Below, one piece after another: positions 1-8,825 of a stretch of 52,857 nucleotides of DNA. The DNA lies in the NCBI GenBank assembly GCA_029007015.1, contig JAQXHB010000111.1, forward strand, positions 1-52,857, given 5' to 3'. Numbering within the stretch: position 1 is the stretch's first letter; every line of letters begins with the position of its first letter. The notes beneath the pieces were generated by a model. It worked only from the letters and a program-made list of their open reading frames with translations, was not told where the DNA came from and made no database searches. Source of the DNA: Bacillota bacterium (GTDB lineage Bacteria > Bacillota > Clostridia > Oscillospirales > Acutalibacteraceae). Made by a program: the position numbers and the translations under genes.

Positions 1-2
1 AG

Positions 3-422
3 GAGGAGGCCAACCGCGTTCAGGGCACGGGCGTGTTCACATGGCCGGTGCCGGGTTATTACAAACTCAGCGACAGTTACGGCTGGCGCATCTGCCCCTA
101 TCACGGCAAGGAGTTTCACGCCGGTATTGATATATCGTCGAGCGGTATTTACGGCGCGAACATCGTTGCGGCCGACGCCGGCACCGTGCTGCTGAGCAGA
201 GCATACGGCGACTACGGCAACTGCATAATGATTGACCACGGCAACGGCTATGTTACACTGTACGCGCACATGAAGTCGCTCAGTCAGTACGGCGTCGGCA
301 CCAAGGTCAGCAAGGGGCAGACCATCGGTTATGTCGGCTCCACAGGCGCGTCGACCGGCCCGCATCTGCACTTTGAGGTGCGTAAAAACGGCTCGACCGT
401 GGACCCGATGAGTTTCTTTTAA
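3..422 (+). CDS. M23 (LytM) family metallopeptidase, C-terminal part; 5' end lies outside the window
   Basis: Frame is open from the window edge. Translated HAGIDI (HxxxD) and GPHLHFE (HxH) zinc-ligand motifs are typical of M23 peptidases. Stop at 420-422. Confidence 0.85.
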   Translation, partial: EEANRVQGTGVFTWPVPGYYKLSDSYGWRICPYHGKEFHAGIDISSSGIYGANIVAADAGTVLLSRAYGDYGNCIMIDHGNGYVTLYAHMKSLSQYGVGTKVSKGQTIGYVGSTGASTGPHLHFEVRKNGSTVDPMSFF

Positions 423-433
423 AAAGTAAAAGG

Positions 434-468
434 ACGGCGTGGAGAGTAATCTCCACGGCCGTTTTTTT
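434..468 (+). terminator. rho-independent terminator after the M23 peptidase gene
   Basis: GC-rich hairpin ACGGCGTGGAG / CTCCACGGCCGT followed by TTTTTTT. Confidence 0.8.
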
Positions 469-503
469 GCCGCTCAGCGTAGAATAAGTGTAGGTGTTGT
501 TTG

Positions 504-1673
504 ATGAAGAAAAACGGTTTTTCGCTTCGCGCGGTGATTATCAGTTCGGCGGCCGCTCTGCTCGCGGGCGTTATGGCCGCTCTGCTCATTGTGCCCAACG
601 CGCTGTCGGGCTATCTCGGCAGGGACAGCGCGGCGTCCAAGTTGATGGCGCTGGAGTATTTGGTCGAGCACAACTATAGCGGAGAGTGTGACTCCGATGC
701 CATGGAGGATGCCATGGGCAAGGCCTATATCGCCGCTATCGGTGACCAATATTCGGCCTATCTGACCGACGAGGAAAACAGTGCTTGGCACGACTCATAC
801 AACGGCTCGGAGAAAGGCATCGGCATAACGGTGGCCAAGCACCCCGATAAGGGCGGCCTGCTGGTGGTCGATGTGTCGGTCGGCTCGCCGGCTGACAGCG
901 CCGGAATTACGCACGGCGACTGCATAACCGCCGTCGACGGCATCGCCTTTGACGGCGAAAATTACAACCAACTGGTCAATGCTATTCGCGGCGAAACCGA
1001 CTCGGTATGCGCGCTCGAAATCGACCGCGACGGCTCTGTGAGCACCGTACAGGTCAAGCGCGGCGAATATGTGCAAACGGCCGTCTTTTACCGCATGATT
1101 GGCAAAGTCGGGTACATCAGGATTACCGCTTTCAGCACGGCCGCCGTGTCTATGTTCCGCGATGCCGTCGACAGCGTTATTGCAAGCGGTGCCACCGGAC
1201 TTGTTTTTGATGTGCGCGAGAACGGCGGCGGCTCGGTCGATGCGGCGGTCGAGATGCTCGATTATCTGCTGCCGTCCGGCACCTTGCTCAATGTGACATA
1301 CAAAAGCGGCCGCGTCCGGCAATACACATCTGACAAGCAAAGTGTCGATTTGCCGCTGGCTGTGCTTATCAACGGCAACACGGCCAGTTCGGCAGAAATA
1401 TTCGCCGCGGCCGTTCACGATTACGGCGGCACGACGGTAGGCGAGCAGTCATTCGGCAAGGGTATCATGCAGACCACATACGACCTGGCCGACGGCTCGG
1501 CGGTGCGTCTGACCGTCGCACGGCTGACCTCACCGAAAGGAACCAACTGGCACGGCGACGGCCTGACGCCCGATGTTGCGCTGACACTGACCGAGGAGCA
1601 ACTCTCGCACTTCTACCTGCTCGGTGACAGCGACCCGCAGATCAAAGCGGCGGTCGCCGCCGTCAGCAAGTAG
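504..1673 (+). CDS. S41 family carboxy-terminal processing (tail-specific) peptidase, CtpA/CtpB-like
   Basis: N-terminal TM/signal segment, PDZ-like segment (GGLLVVDVSVGSPADSAGI), S41 core (DVRENGGG, NGNTASSAEIFAAAV, SFGKG). ATG at 504 preferred over TTG at 501. Confidence 0.9.
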   Translation: MKKNGFSLRAVIISSAAALLAGVMAALLIVPNALSGYLGRDSAASKLMALEYLVEHNYSGECDSDAMEDAMGKAYIAAIGDQYSAYLTDEENSAWHDSYNGSEKGIGITVAKHPDKGGLLVVDVSVGSPADSAGITHGDCITAVDGIAFDGENYNQLVNAIRGETDSVCALEIDRDGSVSTVQVKRGEYVQTAVFYRMIGKVGYIRITAFSTAAVSMFRDAVDSVIASGATGLVFDVRENGGGSVDAAVEMLDYLLPSGTLLNVTYKSGRVRQYTSDKQSVDLPLAVLINGNTASSAEIFAAAVHDYGGTTVGEQSFGKGIMQTTYDLADGSAVRLTVARLTSPKGTNWHGDGLTPDVALTLTEEQLSHFYLLGDSDPQIKAAVAAVSK

Positions 1674-1720
1674 GGCTGTGCCGACACACTGACGCCATTT
1701 GGCCAAGCAGTGAAAATTGT

Positions 1721-1750
1721 GTCATACTCAGTCGCCCACGCTCATACAAT
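1721..1750 (+). promoter_or_regulatory. sigma-E-type sporulation promoter candidate for spoIIID
   Basis: GTCATACT - 14 nt - CATACAAT, 29 nt upstream of the spoIIID ATG. Matches the B. subtilis sigma-E consensus (xxATAxx / CATACAxT, 14-nt spacer). spoIIID is sigma-E dependent in B. subtilis. Confidence 0.5.
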
Positions 1751-1778
1751 TAACTAACCATATTAGGGAGTTGAGTGT

Positions 1779-2027
1779 ATGAGGGGCGCAGTAGAGGAAC
1801 GGGCAACATTGCTTGGCCAATACATAGTGGAGTCAGGGGCGACGGTACGGGCAACCGCCAAAAAATTTCACATATCAAAATCAACGGTGCACAAGGATGT
1901 GTCGGAGCGACTGCGGACGGTCAGCCCGCAACTGTATGTCCAGGTAAAGGCGGTGCTTGACCTCAATAAGGCACAACGGCACATACGCGGCGGTCAAGCG
2001 ACAAAAGAAAAATACATGCACAGATAA
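1779..2027 (+). CDS. spoIIID: sporulation transcriptional regulator SpoIIID
   Basis: 82 aa; HTH segment ATVRATAKKFHISKSTVHKDV and the C-terminal RHIRGGQATKEKY are near-identical in pattern to B. subtilis SpoIIID. AGGGAG RBS 9 nt upstream. Confidence 0.95.
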   Translation: MRGAVEERATLLGQYIVESGATVRATAKKFHISKSTVHKDVSERLRTVSPQLYVQVKAVLDLNKAQRHIRGGQATKEKYMHR

Positions 2028-2072
2028 AAACACCTCACTGCGGAAATTATGTCCGCGGTGAGGTGTTTTTTT
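2026..2072. terminator. bidirectional rho-independent terminator between spoIIID (+) and aspS (-)
   Basis: CACCTCACTGCGGA / TCCGCGGTGAGGTG hairpin flanked by an A-run and a T-run. Confidence 0.85.
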
Positions 2073-2080
2073 GTATGCTG

Positions 2081-3874
2081 TTACTGCTCGTTTACAATGG
2101 CGATGGACAAATCGCGCAGTTGTGCATCGTCCACCTCGGCCGGTGCGCCGCTCATAAGTTCGCTCGATGTGGCCACCTTTGGGAAGGCCATTACATCGCG
2201 GATGCTGTCGCGGCCGAGCATGAGCATAACCAGCCGGTCGAGGCCGTAGGCCATGCCGCCGTGCGGGGGTGCTCCGAATCTGAAGGCGTCGATGAGAAAG
2301 CCAAACCGCTCCTGAGCGTCCTCCGGCGTGAAGCCGAGCGCCTTGAACATACGCTGCTGCAACTCGGGATTGTTTATACGGATGGAGCCGCCGCCCACTT
2401 CACAGCCATTGAGCACCATGTCGTACGCCTTGGCAAGCACACGGCCGGGGTCGCTCTCGATGAGGTCGGCGTGCTCGTCCTTGGGCGCGGTGAAGGGGTG
2501 GTGCATGGCCATGTAGCGGCCCTCCTCCTTGCTGTACTCAAATAGCGGGAAATCAACCACCCAGAGGAAGTTGAATTTGGTCGGGTCAATAAGGCCGAGG
2601 CGCTTGGCCACCTCACAGCGCAATGCGCCGAGAGAGGCGAAAACGGTCGAATTATCGGCATCGGCCACAACCAACAGCACATCACCCTCGGTCAGCGCGA
2701 AGCGGTCGCGCACTGCGGCCACCTCGTCCTCGGTGAGGAACTTCTCAAACGAGGAGGCGGCGCCGTCGGCCGTCATACGCGTAAAGGCAAGTCCTTTTGC
2801 GCCGTAATCGCGGACAAATTCGGTCAGTTTGTCAATGACCTTTCTGGTCAGTTTGTCGGCCGCCGCAGGCACCTTGATGCCGCGGACACTGCCGCCGCCG
2901 GCCAGCGCGCCGGCAAACACCTTGAACTCACATTTGGTGAGCAAATCGCTCATATCCTGCAACTCCAGCCCGAAACGGGTGTCCGGCTTGTCCGAGCCAT
3001 AGCGCTCCATAGCCTCTTTGTACGGCATGCAGACAAACGGAGTGGGCACATCGACATCGAGTATCTCCTTAAAAAGGCGCTTCATAAATCCCTCGTTGAC
3101 GGCGCGGATATCGCCCTCGTCAACAAACGACATCTCCAGGTCAATTTGGGTGAACTCGGGCTGGCGGTCGGCGCGCAAGTCCTCGTCGCGGAAACAGCGC
3201 GCTATCTGCATATAGCGGTCAAAGCCCGACAACATGAGCAGTTGCTTATACAACTGCGGCGACTGCGGCAGGGCAAAGAAACTGCCCTTCTTGATACGCG
3301 AGGGCACCAAGTAGTCACGCGCGCCCTCGGGGGTCGACTTGACCATGATGGGCGTTTCGACCTCAATGAAGCCGTTTTGGTCATAGTAATCGTGGGCGAC
3401 CTTGACAATTTTGTGACGGGTCAAGATGGCCGACTGCATATCGGGGCGCCGCAGGTCAAGATAGCGATACTGCAGGCGCAAGTCCTCCTTAACGGGGCTG
3501 TTCTCTTGAATTTCAAAGGGCGGCGTCTCTGATACGGCCAGCACCTTTAACTCATCAACAGCAATTTCCACCTCGCCGGTGGGAATATCTTTGTTGATGG
3601 ACGAGCGCACACGCAGGATGCCGCTCGCCGCCAGCACATACTCACTGCGCACGGCAAAGGCGGTGTCGAAAATTTCGCGGTCGGTCTGCTCGTCAAATGC
3701 AAGTTGGACGATGCCTGTGCGGTCGCGCAAATCGACGAATATCAGTTGACCCAAGTCGCGCTGGCGCTGAACCCAGCCGCAAACGGTCACTCGCTGACCC
3801 TCGTCCTCGCGGCGGAGTGTGCCGCAATAATGGGTACGGCGGGTATCGCCCAATTTAGAAATTGTTACTGCCAT
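2081..3874 (-). CDS. aspS: aspartate--tRNA ligase
   Basis: 597 aa; N-terminal OB anticodon-binding domain, class II motifs (FRDEDLRADRQPEFTQID, GGGSIR, PPHGGMAYGLDRL). Confidence 0.97.
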   Translation of the reverse strand: MAVTISKLGDTRRTHYCGTLRREDEGQRVTVCGWVQRQRDLGQLIFVDLRDRTGIVQLAFDEQTDREIFDTAFAVRSEYVLAASGILRVRSSINKDIPTGEVEIAVDELKVLAVSETPPFEIQENSPVKEDLRLQYRYLDLRRPDMQSAILTRHKIVKVAHDYYDQNGFIEVETPIMVKSTPEGARDYLVPSRIKKGSFFALPQSPQLYKQLLMLSGFDRYMQIARCFRDEDLRADRQPEFTQIDLEMSFVDEGDIRAVNEGFMKRLFKEILDVDVPTPFVCMPYKEAMERYGSDKPDTRFGLELQDMSDLLTKCEFKVFAGALAGGGSVRGIKVPAAADKLTRKVIDKLTEFVRDYGAKGLAFTRMTADGAASSFEKFLTEDEVAAVRDRFALTEGDVLLVVADADNSTVFASLGALRCEVAKRLGLIDPTKFNFLWVVDFPLFEYSKEEGRYMAMHHPFTAPKDEHADLIESDPGRVLAKAYDMVLNGCEVGGGSIRINNPELQQRMFKALGFTPEDAQERFGFLIDAFRFGAPPHGGMAYGLDRLVMLMLGRDSIRDVMAFPKVATSSELMSGAPAEVDDAQLRDLSIAIVNEQ

Positions 3875-3900
3875 TTTTATATCTCCAATCTGCCTGTCGG

Positions 3901-5232
3901 TTATTTATCGCTGTCAAAACTGCTCTGCTCGATGGAATCGGTCAACTCACCGAGCGCCGCATCGATTTTGCGGTCGTATATCGCCGTAATGAGGCCGTCG
4001 GGCAGGGTTATCTCGCTCTGCTCGCCGGTGGCCATGCACTTGAGCATGGCACGGCCGCTGTCCAGTTCATTATCGCCCAGCACCACGGTGTACTGCGCGC
4101 CGATTTTATCGGCGTATTTCATCTGCGCTTTAAGTCCGCGTCCGACAATATCAGTCTCGGCGGTAAAGCCCTCTGCGCGCAGTTGAGCGCACAACTTGGC
4201 CGCGGTCAGGGCCGCGCGCTCGCCCATCGGAGCGATATACACGGTGCATGGCTCAGTGCCCGGAAAGCGGCAGCCCTGAGCCTGCATGACCATCAGCAGG
4301 CGCTCAAGGCCAATGGCGAATCCAAGCGCCGGCACCTGCGGCCCGCCCATTTGGGCGACCAAGCCGTCGTAACGGCCGCCGCCGCAGACAGTGGCCTGCG
4401 CGCCGATGTAGGTCGACACAAACTCAAACACGGTGCGTGTGTAGTAATCCAGCCCGCGCACGATGGTGGGGTTTACCTTGTACTCGATGCCGATGGCGTC
4501 GAGGTGGGCCTTCACGCCGTCAAAGTGGGCGCGGCAGTCATCGCAAATGTAGTCAAGCACCACCGGTGCTTCAGCGGCGATGGCGTGGCACACGGGCGAC
4601 TTGCAGTCCAAAATACGCATGGGATTGCGGCCCAGTCGGTCGCGGCAGGTATCGCACAACTCGCTCGCGTGCGCCTCAAAGTACTCACGCAGTGCCTGCT
4701 GATACTTGGCGCGGCACTCGGGACAGCCAATGGAATTTATCTCGAGGGTCAGCCCCTTTACGCCGAGGGCGTCAAACGCGGCGGCCGCCAGCGAAATGAC
4801 CTCAGCGTCGGCTGATGGCGACGCGGCGCCGAAGCACTCTACGCCAAACTGGTGAAACTCGCGCAAGCGGCCTGCCTGCGGCTTTTCGTACCGATAGCAC
4901 GAGGTGATGTAACTTATCTTCTGCGGCATGGCCTCGTTGTGCAGGCCGTGCTCCAAAAAGGCACGCACGGCACCGGCCGTCCCCTCCGGCCGCAATGATA
5001 TAGAACGGCCGCCGTTGTCGTTGAATGTATACATCTCTTTTTGCACCACATCGGTGGTGTCACCGACCGAGCGGTTGAACAACTCGGTGTGTTCAAAGAC
5101 GGGCGTGCGCATTTCTTTAAAAGAATAGAGCGCGGCCGTATTCATCAGGGTGCGCTCAACATACTGCCAGCGCACGCTGTCGGTCGGGAGCACATCCTGC
5201 GTGCCCTTGATCGCCTTTGTTAAAAGTGCCAT
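3901..5232 (-). CDS. hisS: histidine--tRNA ligase
   Basis: 443 aa; class II HisRS motifs (YRYEKPQAGRLREFHQ, GGGRYDGL, GFAIGLERL). AGGAGA RBS. 26 nt upstream of aspS, so an operon. Confidence 0.97.
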   Translation of the reverse strand: MALLTKAIKGTQDVLPTDSVRWQYVERTLMNTAALYSFKEMRTPVFEHTELFNRSVGDTTDVVQKEMYTFNDNGGRSISLRPEGTAGAVRAFLEHGLHNEAMPQKISYITSCYRYEKPQAGRLREFHQFGVECFGAASPSADAEVISLAAAAFDALGVKGLTLEINSIGCPECRAKYQQALREYFEAHASELCDTCRDRLGRNPMRILDCKSPVCHAIAAEAPVVLDYICDDCRAHFDGVKAHLDAIGIEYKVNPTIVRGLDYYTRTVFEFVSTYIGAQATVCGGGRYDGLVAQMGGPQVPALGFAIGLERLLMVMQAQGCRFPGTEPCTVYIAPMGERAALTAAKLCAQLRAEGFTAETDIVGRGLKAQMKYADKIGAQYTVVLGDNELDSGRAMLKCMATGEQSEITLPDGLITAIYDRKIDAALGELTDSIEQSSFDSDK

Positions 5233-5492
5233 AATATATCTCCTGTTCAGAAAAAATAATAAAATCCCCTACCCACCCTTTCGGCGGATAGGGGACGGTA
5301 ATTACCGTGGTGCCACCCCATGTTCGGCGGCCAATCAGCCGCCCTCATTGCCCTTAACGCGGGTTACGGGGCGCACGCCCTCGGCTCAGAAGTGTCCTTC
5401 GCCGCGGCGCTTTTGCCCGATGCGTTCTCAGTCACGCCGCACCGTCCCTGTGGCCCGCCACTGCTACTCCTCTCCGTCATAGCCGAATATAT
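5233..5492 (-). promoter_or_regulatory. T-box leader (tRNA-sensing transcription attenuator) of hisS-aspS
   Basis: On the minus strand: stem I with GGAGUAGC...GCGAAGGACACUUCUGAGCC, distal AGGGA / GGUGCG loops, T-box GGGGUGGCACCACGG (5305-5319), and a 12-bp terminator hairpin (5266-5294) plus U-run (5251-5264). Confidence 0.9.
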
Positions 5493-5504
5493 CTAAATGA
5501 ATGA

Positions 5505-5903
5505 CTACCCGCGCACGATGTCGCGCCAGTCCATATCGCCGCGCTCAAGTCCGTGAATAAGCACTTCTGCCGTTGCGATATTGGTGGCGAAGGGTATGTT
5601 ATACACATCGCACAAACGCATCAAATTGTCCTCATTCGGCTCATTCTGATGCGGCGACATGGGATTGCGAAAGAAAAGCACCATGTCGATTTCATTACAT
5701 CCGACGCGCGACGCGATCTGCTCGGCGCCACCCTGCGAACCGCTCAAAAAACATGCGATATCAAGGCCGGTCGCCTCTGACACCATCTTGCCGGTGGTGC
5801 CGGTGGCGCACAGTCGGTGGCGGCTGAGTATGCCGCAATAGGCGATACAAAATTGAACCATCAGTTCCTTTTTGGCGTCATGTGCAATGAGCGCTATGTT
5901 CAT
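5505..5903 (-). CDS. mgsA: methylglyoxal synthase
   Basis: 132 aa; IALIAHDAKK, ATGTTG, GGAEQI and the overall MGS fold pattern. Confidence 0.9.
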   Translation of the reverse strand: MNIALIAHDAKKELMVQFCIAYCGILSRHRLCATGTTGKMVSEATGLDIACFLSGSQGGAEQIASRVGCNEIDMVLFFRNPMSPHQNEPNEDNLMRLCDVYNIPFATNIATAEVLIHGLERGDMDWRDIVRG

Positions 5904-5947
5904 TCAAAACAGTCCTTTCTGTAAAATATAGTTATCATTTTTATTTG

Positions 5948-6697
5948 TCATATTTTATTCAGCCGCGGCAACTTGATGTTCTGCCCGCACAGTCGACCGG
6001 CAATGCGGTCAAAGGCTCGGCGCGAGCGGCCGCGGCGGGTAAAGCCGCCGTCGGTCAGTCGGCTGTCAAACGGCACGATGCCGATAAGGCGGGATGCTGC
6101 GCCGTCGATAATATCATCGAGTGCCCTGTGGCCGTTGCCGCCGGCACTCTCGCTGATAAATCGGTTGATAATCAGGCGGTGCCGGTCAATACCGCACTCG
6201 CTCAGCAGGGCGCTGACCCTGCCGACATCGCGCACGCAAACGCCGTCGGGCGTGGTGACGATGAGGGCTCTGTCGGCTGCGGCACACGCCGCCGAAAAGC
6301 CGCTGCCGATGCCGGCGGTCGAGTCGATGAAAATAAAGTCAAACTGCTCGCGCAGGCGCTCGGTCAGCGCCTTGAACGCGGTCGGCTCAATCTCGCCCTT
6401 GTAGGGTGCCGCCAGCAGGCTGAGCCGGTCGCAAACCGGCAGGATGGCGTCAGATATGTCACAGCGGCCGGCTGTGACATCACCGAGGTCGTAGACCAGT
6501 TGCTCGCTGACCGACAGCATAAGGTCGAGGCACCTAAGCCCCGCGTCGGCATCAACGAGCAGTACGCGGTGACCGGCGCGTGCAAGGGCATGTCCCAAGC
6601 CACAGCAAACGGTCGACTTGCCCGTGCCGCCCTTGCCGGACACCACGGCAATGCAAACCGCACTGCGCCGCTCGCGATTGTCGTCCATGCCGCTCAC
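5948..6697 (-). CDS. MinD-like septum-site-determining ParA/MinD family ATPase (orphan; no minC or minE)
   Basis: Deviant Walker A SGKGGTGKST; DADAGLRCLDLMLSVSEQLVYDLGDV aligns with the E. coli MinD switch I region; Walker B FIFIDSTAG. Confidence 0.8.
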   Translation of the reverse strand: MSGMDDNRERRSAVCIAVVSGKGGTGKSTVCCGLGHALARAGHRVLLVDADAGLRCLDLMLSVSEQLVYDLGDVTAGRCDISDAILPVCDRLSLLAAPYKGEIEPTAFKALTERLREQFDFIFIDSTAGIGSGFSAACAAADRALIVTTPDGVCVRDVGRVSALLSECGIDRHRLIINRFISESAGGNGHRALDDIIDGAASRLIGIVPFDSRLTDGGFTRRGRSRRAFDRIAGRLCGQNIKLPRLNKI

Positions 6698-6718
6698 CCC
6701 TCACGCATATACACTATA

Positions 6719-6747
6719 ATTTTAGCACAATTGTTAAATGTTGTCAA
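6719..6747 (-). promoter_or_regulatory. sigma-A promoter for the minD-like gene
   Basis: Minus strand TTGACA - 17 nt - TAAAAT, followed by a GAGGGG RBS and the ATG at 6697. Confidence 0.6.
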
Positions 6748-6776
6748 AGATTTTTGATACAAAATTTTGGCCTTTA

Positions 6777-8813
6777 TCAGCCAAGTTGTGTGTTGATAGG
6801 CGTCTCGTTGTACGGCTCGCCCTCATCAAAAAAGTAGGAATCGAATATATCCTTTGCAATGACAGCGGCGTTGTTGCCGTAGCCGCCGTTTTCCATAACA
6901 ATGGAAATGGCAATTTCAGGGTTGTCGTAGGGAGCAAAGGCGATAAATACGGCGTTGGTTTTGCCGTTTGCCGCATCGGCGGTACCTGTTTTACCGCACA
7001 CCTTTATCTTGTAATTACCGAACACAGCCGACGATGTGCCGTCCTCGGTCACCCGAAGCATGCCCTGACGCACGGCGTTGTAGGTCGCGTCGGAAAGGTC
7101 AACTTTATTCATCACGGTGGAGAAATCGTCCTTGACCGTTTCGGACATATTGTAACTCATCACCGATTTTATCAGGTGCTGATTGTACCTCGTTCCACCG
7201 TTGGCGAGTGTCGCGGTGTACTGCGACAACTGAAGCGGCGTGAAGGAATTGTAAAGTTGGCCGATGGCCGTCTGAATGGTGTCGCCGGGGTTCCACGGCG
7301 TCGAAAAGACGCTTTGCTTGTACTCCGGACTGCTCAAATTGCCCACCGACTCATTGAGCCCCGATTCAACGCCGGTCGAGACGCCGAGACCGAACTGTTT
7401 GCAATAACTGTTTAGCTGGTTTATACCCAGCAGATATCCCATTTCAAAGAAGAAGTAATTGCACGACTTGGACAGTGCCGTGGCCACATTGATAGCACCG
7501 TGGTAGTGCAGGCAAGACGGCTGATAGTCAGAGTAGCGCGTGTATTTTCTTACGCAGGTGACCGTGTCGTTGGCCGTGATAACCCCCTCCTGCAGTGCGG
7601 CCGTTGCCACCAGCGGCTTAAAGGTGGAGCCGGGCGGATAGGTGCCGTTGAAAGCGCGGTTGAACAGCGGCGTGTTGACGCTGTCTGATGCCAGTTTCTG
7701 GTAATTCTCTTTGTAATCGGTCATGCTGTATGTCGGGTAGGTGGCCGAGGCGAGAATCTCGCCGGAGTTTACCATGGTCACCACAACGGCGCCGCCGGTG
7801 ACGCGGTCATCATCCTTCCTCTTAGTATTCAGTTTATTTATGGTGTCGGCCAGCGAATTTTGCACAACCAGTTGCAACTTCTTATCTATGGTCAGTTGAA
7901 CGGTGTTTCCGTTGACCACCTGCTGAACGGTGCGCTTGTCCATTATCGTGCCGTCGGCGGCAACGGTCAAATCGACCTTGCCGTCGGTGCCCCGGAGATA
8001 ATCCTCGGCCGCCTTTTCGATGCCCGATTTGCCGATTTTGTCATTCATCTGGTACTCGCCGGTCTGCGACAGAGTTTCCCACTCCTCGGCCGACAGCAAA
8101 CCGACCGTGCCGATAAGGTGAACGGCCAGTGTGTCATCGACATACTCGCGCACATATCCATTCTCGATGGAAACGCCGGGCAGGTTGAAACTCGACTCGG
8201 ATATCTGTGTCATCAGTTGCTCCGATATATCCTCGGCAAAGGTGTATGGCGACGACACTGAATAATCGGCCGTCTCCATGCTGTACCTCACGCCCATGAC
8301 CGTGCGCTGAATATCGGCGTCATATCCCTGCAGTTTGTAGCGCGTCACCATGGCGTCAAAGCAATTTTGCGCCGTGGCGTAGTGCGCCAGCCCCAAAAGT
8401 TTGCGCAAACCTGTGACCGCCGAATCGGAGTCAGCCTTGAACTCATAGGGAGCACCCGTCTCCATCGGCAGCAGGTCGACCCACTCGGTGTCGTGCTCGC
8501 TGAGCAGGTCACACAGCGCAATGATGGTCGTGTTCAGTTTGGTGCCGTTCAGTTCGGCGGCATTAAAGACAATGTTGTATCCCACGCGGTTGGTCACAAT
8601 GGGGCGGCCGTAGCGGTCAACTATCTCACCGCGGGCCGCCTTGGTCACCAGCGTGCGGGTAGAGGAGTTGGACGCCTGCGCCAGATACTTGCCGGCGCCG
8701 AAAACCTGAAGTTCGCTCAACTTGACGCAAAAGGCCGAGAGTACCACCAGCAATATTATGATGAGTGCCGTAAACCGCTTGGGGAAGGGCACCTTCCTTT
8801 GATAATAATACAT
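6777..8813 (-). CDS. class B penicillin-binding protein (PBP2 / MrdA-SpoVD type transpeptidase)
   Basis: 678 aa; N-terminal TM, PBP dimerisation domain, SXXK (STFKP), SXN (SKSCN), KTG (KTGTA). Position downstream of mreBCD. Confidence 0.92.
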   Translation of the reverse strand: MYYYQRKVPFPKRFTALIIILLVVLSAFCVKLSELQVFGAGKYLAQASNSSTRTLVTKAARGEIVDRYGRPIVTNRVGYNIVFNAAELNGTKLNTTIIALCDLLSEHDTEWVDLLPMETGAPYEFKADSDSAVTGLRKLLGLAHYATAQNCFDAMVTRYKLQGYDADIQRTVMGVRYSMETADYSVSSPYTFAEDISEQLMTQISESSFNLPGVSIENGYVREYVDDTLAVHLIGTVGLLSAEEWETLSQTGEYQMNDKIGKSGIEKAAEDYLRGTDGKVDLTVAADGTIMDKRTVQQVVNGNTVQLTIDKKLQLVVQNSLADTINKLNTKRKDDDRVTGGAVVVTMVNSGEILASATYPTYSMTDYKENYQKLASDSVNTPLFNRAFNGTYPPGSTFKPLVATAALQEGVITANDTVTCVRKYTRYSDYQPSCLHYHGAINVATALSKSCNYFFFEMGYLLGINQLNSYCKQFGLGVSTGVESGLNESVGNLSSPEYKQSVFSTPWNPGDTIQTAIGQLYNSFTPLQLSQYTATLANGGTRYNQHLIKSVMSYNMSETVKDDFSTVMNKVDLSDATYNAVRQGMLRVTEDGTSSAVFGNYKIKVCGKTGTADAANGKTNAVFIAFAPYDNPEIAISIVMENGGYGNNAAVIAKDIFDSYFFDEGEPYNETPINTQLG

Positions 8814-8825
8814 CGACTACCTCCG

